Below are positions 1-9,090 of a stretch of DNA of 29,871 nucleotides, one piece after another. The notes under the pieces were generated by a model. The model was not told where the DNA came from. It did not search any database and saw only the letters and a list, made by a program, of their open reading frames with translations. Every line of letters begins with the position of its first letter. Position 1 is the first letter of the stretch. The DNA is from Candidatus Gastranaerophilales bacterium. Lineage in GTDB: Bacteria; Cyanobacteriota; Vampirovibrionia; Gastranaerophilales; JAQUYY01. The translations under genes were made by a program, and so were the position numbers. The stretch spans positions 1 to 29,871 of the forward strand of contig JAQUYY010000001.1 in assembly GCA_028691575.1 (NCBI GenBank), written 5' to 3'.

Positions 1-23
1 TGACTTAACTCAGTTCTTTTTTA

Positions 24-53
24 TTGCCAAAACAACTGTGTTCTTTGTAGAAT
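24..53 (+). promoter_or_regulatory. Putative sigma70 promoter for leuA
   Basis: TTGCCA (24-29), N18, TAGAAT (48-53), 30 nt before the ATG at 84. Confidence 0.45.
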
Positions 54-83
54 ATATTTAGATAAGATTAAAAGGACAAAATC

Positions 84-1616
84 ATGCAAGAAACTAAAAA
101 ACCATTTTTTTATGACATTACTTTAAGAGATGGCAATCAAGCCCTTAAAAAGCCCTGGAATACTAAAGAAAAAGAAATTATTTTTAATCAACTGCTCTCT
201 TTAGGTGTTCAGGGTATAGAAGTCGGATTTTCCGGCGCAAGCGATATGGATTTTGAAGCATGCTCTTATTTGGCATCAATAGCTCCTGATAATGTTGTGA
301 TTTCAGCCTTAGCTCGTGCAGTTAAGCATGATATTGAAAAAGTTGCAGCTGCTATAAAATCTGCAAATAAACCTAGAATTCATACTTTTATTGCTATGAG
401 TCCTTTTAATATGAAATATGTACTAAGAAAAGAACCCGATGAGGTTAAGAAAATTGCAATTGATGCTGTTAAATATGCGAAATCTTTAATGGGTGAAAAA
501 GGTGAAGTTCAATTTTCTGTTGAGCATTTTGGAGATTGTAAAGAAAATTTACCCTATGTTATTGATTCTTTAAAAGAAATTGTTGATGCAGGCGCAACTA
601 TTATTAATTTGCCTAACACCGTTGAAAGAACCCGTCCTCTAGAATTTGTAAAAATGATAAACGAGGTCGTTAAAGCACTTCCTGAGCATGTTACAATTGC
701 TGTTCACTGCCATAACGACTTGGGTATGGCAACTGCAACTACTGTCGAAAGTTATTTTGCAGGGGCAGTTCAGCTTGAATGCAGTTTAAACGGGCTTGGA
801 GAAAGAGCAGGCAACACAAATTTATATGAAGTTGCTGTAACTTTGCACAATAGCGAAATTGATATACATTTAGATTTATCTAAAATATATGAAACAGCTT
901 TGATTGTCGCTGAAATGTCCGGCGTTGAAATCTATGAAAAATGCGCTTTAATCGGTCCGGATGCTCTCGCTCATCGAAGTGGAATTCATCAGGACGGAGC
1001 TTTGAAAACTAAAGATATGGAAAAAGGCGCATATAGACCAATTCATCCATCATTAATAGGCAGAGACGATGATGAAAAACTTGGATTTACCAGCCAATCC
1101 GGCAAAACTGCTGTTTATGAAATTATAACTAAAGCAGGATACCCGATTACAATGCAAGAAGCTGTTAGAATTACTCCTGCTATTAAAGAAGCAGCAGAAA
1201 AAGTTGGAGAACTACCTACAAGGAACATTTTAGATATTTATCTGAAAGAAATTTTTGAGGTCAAAGGTAACTTCAAACTTATTGAATTTAAACGAATTGA
1301 TGAAGGTAAATTTAACCTGCAATTTACATATAAAGATAAAAAATTCAAACTCAACGGTATGGGAGACGGACCTCTGTCAGGATGTCTGGATGCCTTAAAA
1401 CAAGCCGGTTTCCCTCAAAAACTGCTGCATTATGAACAAGTTGCAATGGACGAAGAATTAAAAGGCGTTGATGCCGATGCTATGACTATTATTCATTTTG
1501 AAACCCCTGATAAACAAGTCGTTGTTTGCAGAGGCAAGGATAACAGCACCGCAAAAGCCAACGTTAAAGCTGTATTTAATGGATTGAATTTAATAGAACA
1601 ATTACATAATTCTTAA
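84..1616 (+). CDS. leuA: 2-isopropylmalate synthase (DRE-TIM metallolyase with C-terminal regulatory-type domain)
   Basis: Motifs DITLRDGNQ, HCHNDLGMATA, GLGERAGN, HRSGIHQDG, SQSGK; C-terminal GDGP motif; 510 aa. Confidence 0.88.
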   Translation: MQETKKPFFYDITLRDGNQALKKPWNTKEKEIIFNQLLSLGVQGIEVGFSGASDMDFEACSYLASIAPDNVVISALARAVKHDIEKVAAAIKSANKPRIHTFIAMSPFNMKYVLRKEPDEVKKIAIDAVKYAKSLMGEKGEVQFSVEHFGDCKENLPYVIDSLKEIVDAGATIINLPNTVERTRPLEFVKMINEVVKALPEHVTIAVHCHNDLGMATATTVESYFAGAVQLECSLNGLGERAGNTNLYEVAVTLHNSEIDIHLDLSKIYETALIVAEMSGVEIYEKCALIGPDALAHRSGIHQDGALKTKDMEKGAYRPIHPSLIGRDDDEKLGFTSQSGKTAVYEIITKAGYPITMQEAVRITPAIKEAAEKVGELPTRNILDIYLKEIFEVKGNFKLIEFKRIDEGKFNLQFTYKDKKFKLNGMGDGPLSGCLDALKQAGFPQKLLHYEQVAMDEELKGVDADAMTIIHFETPDKQVVVCRGKDNSTAKANVKAVFNGLNLIEQLHNS

Positions 1617-1649
1617 AATTATCCAAAAAAGACAAGATACTTAAGATAT

Positions 1650-1678
1650 TTGCCTCTTTGTTTAAATTTTTATATAAT
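1650..1678 (+). promoter_or_regulatory. sigma70 promoter for xerD
   Basis: TTGCCT (1650-1655), N17, TATAAT (1673-1678). Confidence 0.6.
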
Positions 1679-1684
1679 TTAAAA

Positions 1685-2548
1685 ATGCTAAATGCACTGT
1701 CTGAATACATTGAATATTTGCACATTGAAAGAGGTCTGTCGGAAAACACCGAACAGGCTTATCGTCGTGACTTGACAGCGTTTATCGATTTTTTAGACAA
1801 AAATTCAATAAAAAGTTTAAATGATATCGCAAGAACATCCGTTAATTCATATATAAGACATTTAAGGCTTAAAAACTATGCTCCGACAACAATTACCCGA
1901 CAAATAGCATCACTAAGAGGCTGGTTTAAATGGATGGCTGCTAATGAAATTATTTCACACAATCCTACTGTTAGTCTCGAACATCCTAAATTAAGCCGAC
2001 ATTTGCCAAAAGTTTTAACAACAAAAGAAATTGATGAAATTTTATCCCAAAAATTAACAACTCTTGAAAAAGCTGTTTTTGAACTCCTATATGCAGCAGG
2101 ATTAAGAGTTTCAGAACTTGTAAATTTATCAATAAACAGTGTAAATATTGATTCCGGATATGTAAGATGTTTTGGAAAAGGCTCAAAAGAACGGCTGGTT
2201 CCCATCGGAGATGCTGCTAAGCTTGCTTTGAATAAATATTTGGAAAATAGGGAATATATATTAAAAAAGAATAATTTGACAACTGAACAATTTTTTGTTG
2301 ACGAAAAAGGAAAAAAAATTGTAAGACAAGAAATTTATCATCTGATAAAAAAACTCGGAAAATATGTAAACAAGCATATTACACCTCATACGGTCAGGCA
2401 TAGTTTCGCTACTCATTTGCTCGAAAACGGCGCTGATTTAAGAATAGTACAAGAACTTTTAGGTCACAGTGATGTCTCAACAACTCAACTTTATACCCAT
2501 GTAAGCAAAAAAAGATTGAAAGAAGTTTATTTTGCTATAAATAAATGA
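1685..2548 (+). CDS. xerD: Site-specific tyrosine recombinase XerD (likely start ATG 1685 rather than TTG 1658)
   Basis: N-terminal ERGLSENT..AYRRDL; GLRVSELV; GKGSKERLVP; HTVRHSFATHLLENGADLRIVQELLGH...TTQLY carrying the R-K-H-R-H-Y catalytic set. TTG 1658 lies inside the promoter. Confidence 0.88.
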   Translation: MLNALSEYIEYLHIERGLSENTEQAYRRDLTAFIDFLDKNSIKSLNDIARTSVNSYIRHLRLKNYAPTTITRQIASLRGWFKWMAANEIISHNPTVSLEHPKLSRHLPKVLTTKEIDEILSQKLTTLEKAVFELLYAAGLRVSELVNLSINSVNIDSGYVRCFGKGSKERLVPIGDAAKLALNKYLENREYILKKNNLTTEQFFVDEKGKKIVRQEIYHLIKKLGKYVNKHITPHTVRHSFATHLLENGADLRIVQELLGHSDVSTTQLYTHVSKKRLKEVYFAINK

Positions 2549-2609
2549 TAAAATTTTTGAAAATCAATATAAAATAAGAGAAAATAAAGAATAACAAGGG
2601 GGTTTTAAA

Positions 2610-2933
2610 ATGAACAAAATTAAAATTTTTACACTTACAATTTTAAGCAGTTTTCTTGTGTTTTTTATATCAGGATGCACTTTACATCAAAAAATGGGTT
2701 TTATGGACGGAAAAAGAATAGAAAGCAGCAACAAATTAAGAAATTGGGCTAATTCAGTTGAAAAAGAAGAACCAAAAGCAGAAGTCACCAAGACTGCAAA
2801 CGGAATTGTTATTTACGAAGATAATTCTGTTTACAAATCCCCGACATATACCGGAGGGCAAATGGGCGGAAAACCGGTTTCAAAAGTAAAATTCGGTCCC
2901 GATAAAGTAAAATTCGGACCAAACGACAATTAA
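2610..2933 (+). CDS. Hypothetical lipoprotein
   Basis: Basic N-terminus, hydrophobic stretch and lipobox ISG-C; GGGGG SD-like sequence upstream; C-terminal KVKFGP repeat. Confidence 0.65.
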   Translation: MNKIKIFTLTILSSFLVFFISGCTLHQKMGFMDGKRIESSNKLRNWANSVEKEEPKAEVTKTANGIVIYEDNSVYKSPTYTGGQMGGKPVSKVKFGPDKVKFGPNDN

Positions 2934-2964
2934 ATTTTAGTATAGACAGCAAAAGGACTTTTAA

Positions 2965-4485
2965 ATGTTTGAAAATATACGGTACGAGTATTCGGTAAAA
3001 ACCTGCTCAAATCAAGATCCGGAAAATTTGGAAGATTTATTAAATACAATGGCTGCAGAGGGTTGGAATTTATATACTATAAATGAAGTAGAAGCACCAA
3101 CCAGCGGTTTTCAGTACAGCTGTATATTTCAAAGAGAATTTGATGAGAACAAAAGCAAAAAAATAGAAATTGCCGATATTCAGGATTTTAAAAGCAAAAT
3201 GGAAAAAATGCTCCACCCGTCTGATAAACCTTACGAAGAATGTATGGAAATTCAATCTCAAATAAACGAGCATCAACAAAAAGTCAATAAAATAAAACTT
3301 CAGCTCGATAAAACTTCCAATGACATTGACAGAGACAGGCTAAACCGCGAAATGTCTAATTATTTAGCGGAAATCAATTCGTTAAAAAGCAAGTTGGCTG
3401 AAGTTATTTCGCCAAATCGTATGTATGAAAATATTTATCAGGATAAACTCATAATTTTGCTGAGCTATGAGCTTACAGACCTTGTAAATACTGAAAAAGG
3501 AGGAGAGTTAATCTCCCAAACCGTTAAGCTGCGTCAAAAAATTTCTGAAAACTTGGGGTATGTTATTCCTGCCATCAAATTTGCCGTTAACGAGGAATTG
3601 GGCGATAATGAATACGAAATAAAAGTTCGAGGAGCAAAAATCCTCTCCGGCTGTGTTTACCCCGGATTTTCAAGATATTATGCAGGACAGTCAAACATTA
3701 ACAGAAAACCTAAAAATGCAATCGAAGAATATGATTTTATAAAACAGAAAAAAACGTTCTGGATAGAAAAATCTAAAACAAAAAATTTCTGGGAAAAAGG
3801 ACTCTCCCCTGCCGAAGTCATATCTAAAAACCTGGAATACGTTGTTTGCAAGTGTGCTGACCAGCTTTTAGACTATTCTGATATTAATAATTATATTGAA
3901 ATAGTCGGAACTCAAAATTTCTTTTTGGTCGAAACTCTTGTGGCAGACCACTTAACAATCGGCGAAATTCGTGCGATTTTAGCTAAATTAATCGAAGAAA
4001 AAATTTCAATAAAGGATATTGTTTATATTTTTGAAAAATTGACAGATTTCGCTCAAATATTAAAAACCAGCATCGAGGGAGAAGAGGTAACAATTTTAGA
4101 TATCAAAGAAATGCTGAAAAACTTAAGAAAAGCTCTGAAAATGCAAATTTGCAATTCAATCGCAGATAGCAACGGCACAATATATGCAATAACTTTATCT
4201 GACAAAACGGCTATTATGCTTGAAAAAGAGCTGCAAAAAGATAAATTGTATTACGATAATCCTAAAATTAAATCTTTTATTAATAAAATCCTAAAAATAA
4301 TTGAAACTAACGAATTGGAAACCAAACATACAGCACTTGTTGCACCAAATTCAATAAGAAGAAAAATGTTCCGGCTTATAGAAAACTTTATTCCTGAACT
4401 TGCCGTAATAGCCAAAACAGAGCTTTCGGGCGAATTTTCTATTGATATAATAGAAGAAATCGGTTCAAAAAACGGAGAAGAATAA
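2965..4485 (+). CDS. DUF4177-like N-terminus, coiled coil and FlhA/FHIPEP cytoplasmic-domain-like region, with no transmembrane domain
   Basis: YEY...LEDLLNTMAAEGW resembles DUF4177. LLSYELTDLV..EKGGELI...LRQKISENLGYVIPAIKFAVNEELGDNEYEIKVRG resembles FlhA-C (LEIGYGLIPLV..GGDLL.RI..IRR..A.ELG.VVP.IRIRDN..L..NEYVIKIKG). Confidence 0.7.
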   Translation: MFENIRYEYSVKTCSNQDPENLEDLLNTMAAEGWNLYTINEVEAPTSGFQYSCIFQREFDENKSKKIEIADIQDFKSKMEKMLHPSDKPYEECMEIQSQINEHQQKVNKIKLQLDKTSNDIDRDRLNREMSNYLAEINSLKSKLAEVISPNRMYENIYQDKLIILLSYELTDLVNTEKGGELISQTVKLRQKISENLGYVIPAIKFAVNEELGDNEYEIKVRGAKILSGCVYPGFSRYYAGQSNINRKPKNAIEEYDFIKQKKTFWIEKSKTKNFWEKGLSPAEVISKNLEYVVCKCADQLLDYSDINNYIEIVGTQNFFLVETLVADHLTIGEIRAILAKLIEEKISIKDIVYIFEKLTDFAQILKTSIEGEEVTILDIKEMLKNLRKALKMQICNSIADSNGTIYAITLSDKTAIMLEKELQKDKLYYDNPKIKSFINKILKIIETNELETKHTALVAPNSIRRKMFRLIENFIPELAVIAKTELSGEFSIDIIEEIGSKNGEE

Positions 4486-4823
4486 TGAGCGAAAATTGTA
4501 TTTTTTGCAAAATTGCAAATAAAGAAATAAAAATAGATTTGGTGTTAGAAACCGAGGATTTGGTGGCTTTTAAGGATATTAATGCTCAAGCTCCTTTTCA
4601 TATTTTGGTAATTCCCAAAAAACATTATGAAACGCTAAATGACATCAAAAATCCTGAATTATTGGGCAAATTATTTGAGGGTGTGCAAAATGTTGTTAAA
4701 AAATTAAATATTGAAGATGGCTACAGAACAGTTATAAATACAGGCAAAAAAGCGGGTCAAGAAGTATTCCATTTGCATATTCATATACTTGCAGGCCGTC
4801 CTTTTACTTGGCCTCCGGGTTAA
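4485..4823 (+). CDS. hinT: Histidine triad (HIT) nucleotide-binding protein
   Basis: CIFCKI start, AFKDINAQAPFHILVIPKKH, GQEVFHLHIHILAGR; TAATG overlap with the upstream ORF. Confidence 0.92.
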   Translation: MSENCIFCKIANKEIKIDLVLETEDLVAFKDINAQAPFHILVIPKKHYETLNDIKNPELLGKLFEGVQNVVKKLNIEDGYRTVINTGKKAGQEVFHLHIHILAGRPFTWPPG

Positions 4824-4898
4824 AGCGTCTTGCTCGTTCGCCGATAACGAGTTCCAACGAAAATTAATCGTTTCCGTTTCACTCTCAGCTCACTCTCG
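4824..4898 (-). repeat. Dispersed GC-richer intergenic element; core homologous to 9130-9170
   Basis: Minus strand GAGAGTGAAACGGAAACGA-ttaa-TTTTCGTTGGAACTCGTT matches 9130-9170 at 37/41 nt; the element fills the whole gap between two convergent stop codons. Confidence 0.75.
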
Positions 4899-5609
4899 CT
4901 ACTCGTACAAGTATTTTGCAGAACAGCCTGAACCGGTATTTGTGGATGCTGTTGAACTCTCTATGCAAGTTGTTGACGGGTCATTAATTCCTCTTGCTCC
5001 ATGTGGAATTAATGAATTTAAAGTTAAATTCATATAAAAAATATCTTTTCCTACTGTATTCGGTTTTTTAAATCCATTTACATCTACATTTATATATCCG
5101 CATCTTGTATAATCTCCTACCGGAGAACTGCAATTTGATTTGTCAACATTAAACCTGATTAAACTGCCATTATTTAATATTAAACCGCCTTGATATTGAT
5201 TACTTATACTTGTACCATTTAAATAGAACCAGTCTACACCTGCATGCCAACATCCATCAGCACTTACTCCGTTACCCGATCCTCCATAGGTAGAAGTTCC
5301 TGAACAATCTTTTATAATATTTAATTTTGATGCAAAAGCATTTTTTAAATCTTCACTTCCTGCTAAATCCCCAGGAAAAGCTCCGGCTAAAGTTCCGCCG
5401 TTATCAACAACTAATAATTGTGTAACTTGAGATAAATCAGAATATGACTTTTTCCACGCTGCTTTTAATTCTGCATCGCTTGTCGTACCAAATAACATCG
5501 GTGTAACTATTGAGGCAATTATTCCGATTATTGCAATAACAATTAATGTTTCTGCTAAAGTAAACGCTGTATATCTTTTAGATCTTGTTAACGCTTTTTG
5601 ATTTTTCAT
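4899..5609 (-). CDS. Type IV pilin-like protein (prepilin N-terminal cleavage/methylation domain), paralogue A
   Basis: Basic leader, A|FTLAETLIVIAIIGIIASIVTPMLFG, DVNGFKKPNTVGKDIF motif, 6 Cys. Confidence 0.88.
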   Translation of the reverse strand: MKNQKALTRSKRYTAFTLAETLIVIAIIGIIASIVTPMLFGTTSDAELKAAWKKSYSDLSQVTQLLVVDNGGTLAGAFPGDLAGSEDLKNAFASKLNIIKDCSGTSTYGGSGNGVSADGCWHAGVDWFYLNGTSISNQYQGGLILNNGSLIRFNVDKSNCSSPVGDYTRCGYINVDVNGFKKPNTVGKDIFYMNLTLNSLIPHGARGINDPSTTCIESSTASTNTGSGCSAKYLYE

Positions 5610-5626
5610 ACTTTTTTTTCTCCAAT

Positions 5627-6319
5627 TTATTCATACAAATACTTTGCAGAACAGCCATGACCTGTATTAGTTGTTGCAGTTGAACCTTCTATGCATCTTG
5701 TTGATATCGTATAAAAATTTCGTGCACCATATGGTATTAATGAATTTGAGGTTATACTTGCTACAAATATATCTTTTCCTACTGTATTCGGTTTTTTAAA
5801 TCCGTTTACATCTATATATAAATGAGCACATCTTGTATAATCTCCCGCAGAAGAACTGCAATCCGATTTGTTAACCTGAAACCACATAAGACTCCCATTA
5901 TTTAATATTAATCCGGGAAGAGAAGCACCTCCTCCCGTATCGTTGCCATTTAAGTAATACCAGCTGTTTGCTCCTACATGCCAACAACCTTCTGCACTTG
6001 AACCACTTCCGGTTCCTCCAAATGCAGATGTTCCGGAACAATCTTTTATAATATTTAATTTTGATGCAAAAGCATTTTTTAAATCTTCACTTCCTAAAAC
6101 ATCCTCTGTAAATGCTCCGGCTAAACTTCCGCCGTTGTCTGCAACTATCATCATTGTTGCCTGAGCAAGGTCTGAATATTCTTTTTTCCATTTTGCTTTT
6201 AGTTCCGCATCGCTTGTAGTACCAAATAACATCGGTGTAACTATTGAAGCAATAATTCCGATTATTGCAATCACTATTAATGTTTCTGCTAAAGTAAACG
6301 CTGTATAAGGCTTTTTCAT
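5627..6319 (-). CDS. Type IV pilin-like protein, paralogue B (tandem with A)
   Basis: A|FTLAE class III signal, same motifs and Cys pattern as A; GAGG SD upstream. Confidence 0.88.
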   Translation of the reverse strand: MKKPYTAFTLAETLIVIAIIGIIASIVTPMLFGTTSDAELKAKWKKEYSDLAQATMMIVADNGGSLAGAFTEDVLGSEDLKNAFASKLNIIKDCSGTSAFGGTGSGSSAEGCWHVGANSWYYLNGNDTGGGASLPGLILNNGSLMWFQVNKSDCSSSAGDYTRCAHLYIDVNGFKKPNTVGKDIFVASITSNSLIPYGARNFYTISTRCIEGSTATTNTGHGCSAKYLYE

Positions 6320-6372
6320 ACATATTCCTCAACTATATTTGAAAATAAGTATATCATATTATTCGGATAAAA

Positions 6373-8097
6373 TTAATTATTTTCTATAAAAATCGTCTTT
6401 TCATTCGAGTATGTCACATACCCAGGTTTTGCACATGGTGGCTTTTTTAGATATTTTTTTAAAGTATAAATCACAGGAACTTTTGTAGCCTTGCTTGCAA
6501 AACTGTATTTTACAGCCAGTTGAGCTGCTTTCAGCAAAATTTCGTCAGGAATTTGCTCTATTTGTTTGGGTATTTTTATTAAGACATGAGAACCGGGCGT
6601 ATTTTGCACATGAAGCCAAATATCAAACGGTGATGCGATTTTGGAGATTAAATAATCATTTTGCTTATTATTTTTTCCAACGTATATTTTAACTTCATTT
6701 TCAAAATCAAATTGTAATAAATCAATCTGCTCTTTTTGTTTTTTAATCGGCAAAACTTTTGCCTTAAGCAAATTTTGACTAACAAGTTCTTCTTTTATTT
6801 CAGTTAAATCTTTTATCGAAACAGCCTGATTTATTGAAATTTTAATACTTTCAAGATAATTTATTTCTTCTTGCGTTTTTTCTGACATATTTTGAGCAAT
6901 TTTAACGGCATTTTTCTTCTTATTATAAAGTTTATAGTATTTTTGAGCATTTTCATTGGCTGTTAGTGCAGTATCAAAAGAAATTTCCTCTGCTTTGTTC
7001 TCATTATAAGGATTTTCTAAGTACATAATCGGTTCAATCGTTTTTATTCTATAAAGATTGGAAATTATAACATCGCCAAACTCTTTGTATTTCTCGATTT
7101 TTAAAATCGAATCCAATATTTTTTGCTGTTTTTCAAAAGCTGTTTTTTGTTTTTTAATTTCTTTTTCCGCCACATTCAATAAAGTTTTTTGCATTCTGCC
7201 AAAAGTATCTTTGAACATTTGATAGCCAAAATATTCATCAATTAGCTCATTTACAGTTTCTCTATTCTCAAAATCATCTTTTTGCAATCCAAATAATGAA
7301 AAAAAGTTTTTATCTGCACTAATAACAGGATTTAAACATTCTAAATTAAGCATTTCGTACAAATAATCATATATTTGCAAGATTTTTTCCTGCGAAATTG
7401 CACTTATGCCTTTTTCAACAATTTCAATATTCAAAAATTCACACAACTCATTAGCTAAAGCAAGACTGACATCGTAAAAAGTCTTGTTCAACCACTGATT
7501 GATAGGTTTTTGAATTGCTTTTGCCATATTATAAAAATCATTTTTAGAAATTTCTAAAAGGTTTGTCTTTGTTTGCGCTGGAGGATAAATATATGGTAAA
7601 GTCCCTGCTAATTCTCGTTCTCTACTTTTTTCAGGTCCTATATTGTGAGCGCAGCCAATAATTATATTAGTTTTTTTATTATACAAAATTATATTGCTAT
7701 GTTTGCCCATCAGCTCAATAGCCATAACCAACGGAATTTTACCACCAATTGCATCGTAACTTTCAAAATAGAGTTCAATTATTCGCTCATTATCCGGCTG
7801 AATAACTGCATTGATTTTTGTTCCCTCCATATGTTTTCTTAAAAGCATACAAAACATCGGCGGTTGTTGAGGAATTTCAATATTTCGATATTTTTGCCCA
7901 ACTTCTGTCAAAAAACATATGTGAGGATATTTTGGATTAATATTTATGTATAATTTTTGGCTTTTACCTAATGTTCGAATCGATAAAATAAGCTCATGTC
8001 TCGATGGCTGCTGGATTTTTTGCACCCGACAAGACTCAAACAACAGTTGAGTTTCCTCCAAAAAAGCCTTTATCGTAAGTGAATCTAAATTAATCAT
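6373..8097 (-). CDS. rqcH: NFACT family protein (RqcH/FbpA, ribosome quality control)
   Basis: N-terminal KIQQP..ELIL, PPMFCMLLRKH, ELMGKHSNIIL; C-terminal GKNNKQNDYL, WLHVQNTPGSHV, KPGYVTY. Confidence 0.9.
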   Translation of the reverse strand: MINLDSLTIKAFLEETQLLFESCRVQKIQQPSRHELILSIRTLGKSQKLYININPKYPHICFLTEVGQKYRNIEIPQQPPMFCMLLRKHMEGTKINAVIQPDNERIIELYFESYDAIGGKIPLVMAIELMGKHSNIILYNKKTNIIIGCAHNIGPEKSRERELAGTLPYIYPPAQTKTNLLEISKNDFYNMAKAIQKPINQWLNKTFYDVSLALANELCEFLNIEIVEKGISAISQEKILQIYDYLYEMLNLECLNPVISADKNFFSLFGLQKDDFENRETVNELIDEYFGYQMFKDTFGRMQKTLLNVAEKEIKKQKTAFEKQQKILDSILKIEKYKEFGDVIISNLYRIKTIEPIMYLENPYNENKAEEISFDTALTANENAQKYYKLYNKKKNAVKIAQNMSEKTQEEINYLESIKISINQAVSIKDLTEIKEELVSQNLLKAKVLPIKKQKEQIDLLQFDFENEVKIYVGKNNKQNDYLISKIASPFDIWLHVQNTPGSHVLIKIPKQIEQIPDEILLKAAQLAVKYSFASKATKVPVIYTLKKYLKKPPCAKPGYVTYSNEKTIFIENN

Positions 8098-8214
8098 GAA
8101 ACAATTTTAGCATTAACATTATTGTAAATGAATGTAAAAACATAAGAAAAATTTGATTTTCATTCTAAAAAAATGTTTTTATATAATTACAAAAGAAATT
8201 GCAAGGAGTCTTAA

Positions 8215-8508
8215 ATGAGTGTTTCAGGAATAAATCCATTTGATAAAAATTCTTCTGTTCAAAAAATAGCCGAACTTAAGGCTATGGAATCAAATTCACT
8301 AAAAGAAGAACCTAAAAAAGATGAAAAAAATATTGATTTTAAATCACAGGCGCTTGAAAATGAAAGAAAAATACAAGATATTTCTTTAGAAATTGACGAA
8401 GCACAAGCAGATAAAGATATAGAAAAATTATCAGAAAAACTTGAAGAAAAGAAAAAATTGGTTGCCGAGGCAGTAAAACTTAAAGAAAAAAATCTTAAAA
8501 ATGAATAA
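8215..8508 (+). CDS. Hypothetical charged/coiled-coil protein
   Basis: 97-aa ORF with AAGGAG SD, followed by a terminator. Confidence 0.65.
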   Translation: MSVSGINPFDKNSSVQKIAELKAMESNSLKEEPKKDEKNIDFKSQALENERKIQDISLEIDEAQADKDIEKLSEKLEEKKKLVAEAVKLKEKNLKNE

Positions 8509-8564
8509 TCCAAATTCAAACAAAAAATTAAATAAATAAAAAATAAATAAAATACGGAGTTTGT

Positions 8565-8592
8565 AAAGCCTGATAAAAAAATCAGGTTTTTT
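8565..8592 (+). terminator. Intrinsic terminator
   Basis: AAAGCCTGAT-aaaaaa-ATCAGGTTTT followed by further Ts. Confidence 0.7.
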
Positions 8593-8703
8593 ATTGTCTT
8601 AAAGGATGATTTTTTTTAAAAAAATTGTCTTTTTGTAGCTTTAAAAATGACCGAGAAATCAGTACATTTATAATAAAGAAAAAGATATAAAGGAGAATAA
8701 CAA

Positions 8704-8928
8704 ATGAATAAATCTATTTCCTATTTAACCTACTTCCTTATAATAATAGGTGCCCTAAACTGGGGATTGGTAGGATTTTTTGGATTTGATTTGGTTGCTT
8801 TTTTATTCGGAGATATGACTTTAACAAGCAGAATAATTTATTCTCTGGTTGGAATATCAGCTGTAATAAGTCTTATTTACGAATTTACATCTGAAAAAAC
8901 AGAAAAAAGCACTCAATCAAGCCATTAA
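8704..8928 (+). CDS. DUF378 (YuzA-like) small membrane protein
   Basis: LIIIGALNWGLVGFFGFDLVAFLFG...RIIYSLVGISA; AAGGAG SD. Confidence 0.88.
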   Translation: MNKSISYLTYFLIIIGALNWGLVGFFGFDLVAFLFGDMTLTSRIIYSLVGISAVISLIYEFTSEKTEKSTQSSH

Positions 8929-8935
8929 AACACTA

Positions 8936-8964
8936 AAAAGAGGTCAATTAAAAGACCTCTTTTT
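8936..8964 (+). terminator. Intrinsic, possibly bidirectional terminator
   Basis: AAAAGAGGTC-aattaaaa-GACCTCTTTT-T, a perfect 10-bp stem. Confidence 0.8.
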
Positions 8965-9090
8965 AGTATGCCAATTATTTTTTAAAAAATACTAGCATTT
9001 TTTTATTTCTTTTGCTACAATACTTTTTGTATCCTTGCTAAAATAGTTTATACCGATTTCAATAAGTAAACATTAAATAAATCAATCTTT

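Noticed and set aside
4899-6319. Diversity-generating retroelement acting on pilin C-termini
   Set aside because: Differences between paralogues include many third-position synonymous changes and indels, not an adenine-specific pattern; no reverse transcriptase or template repeat is in the window.
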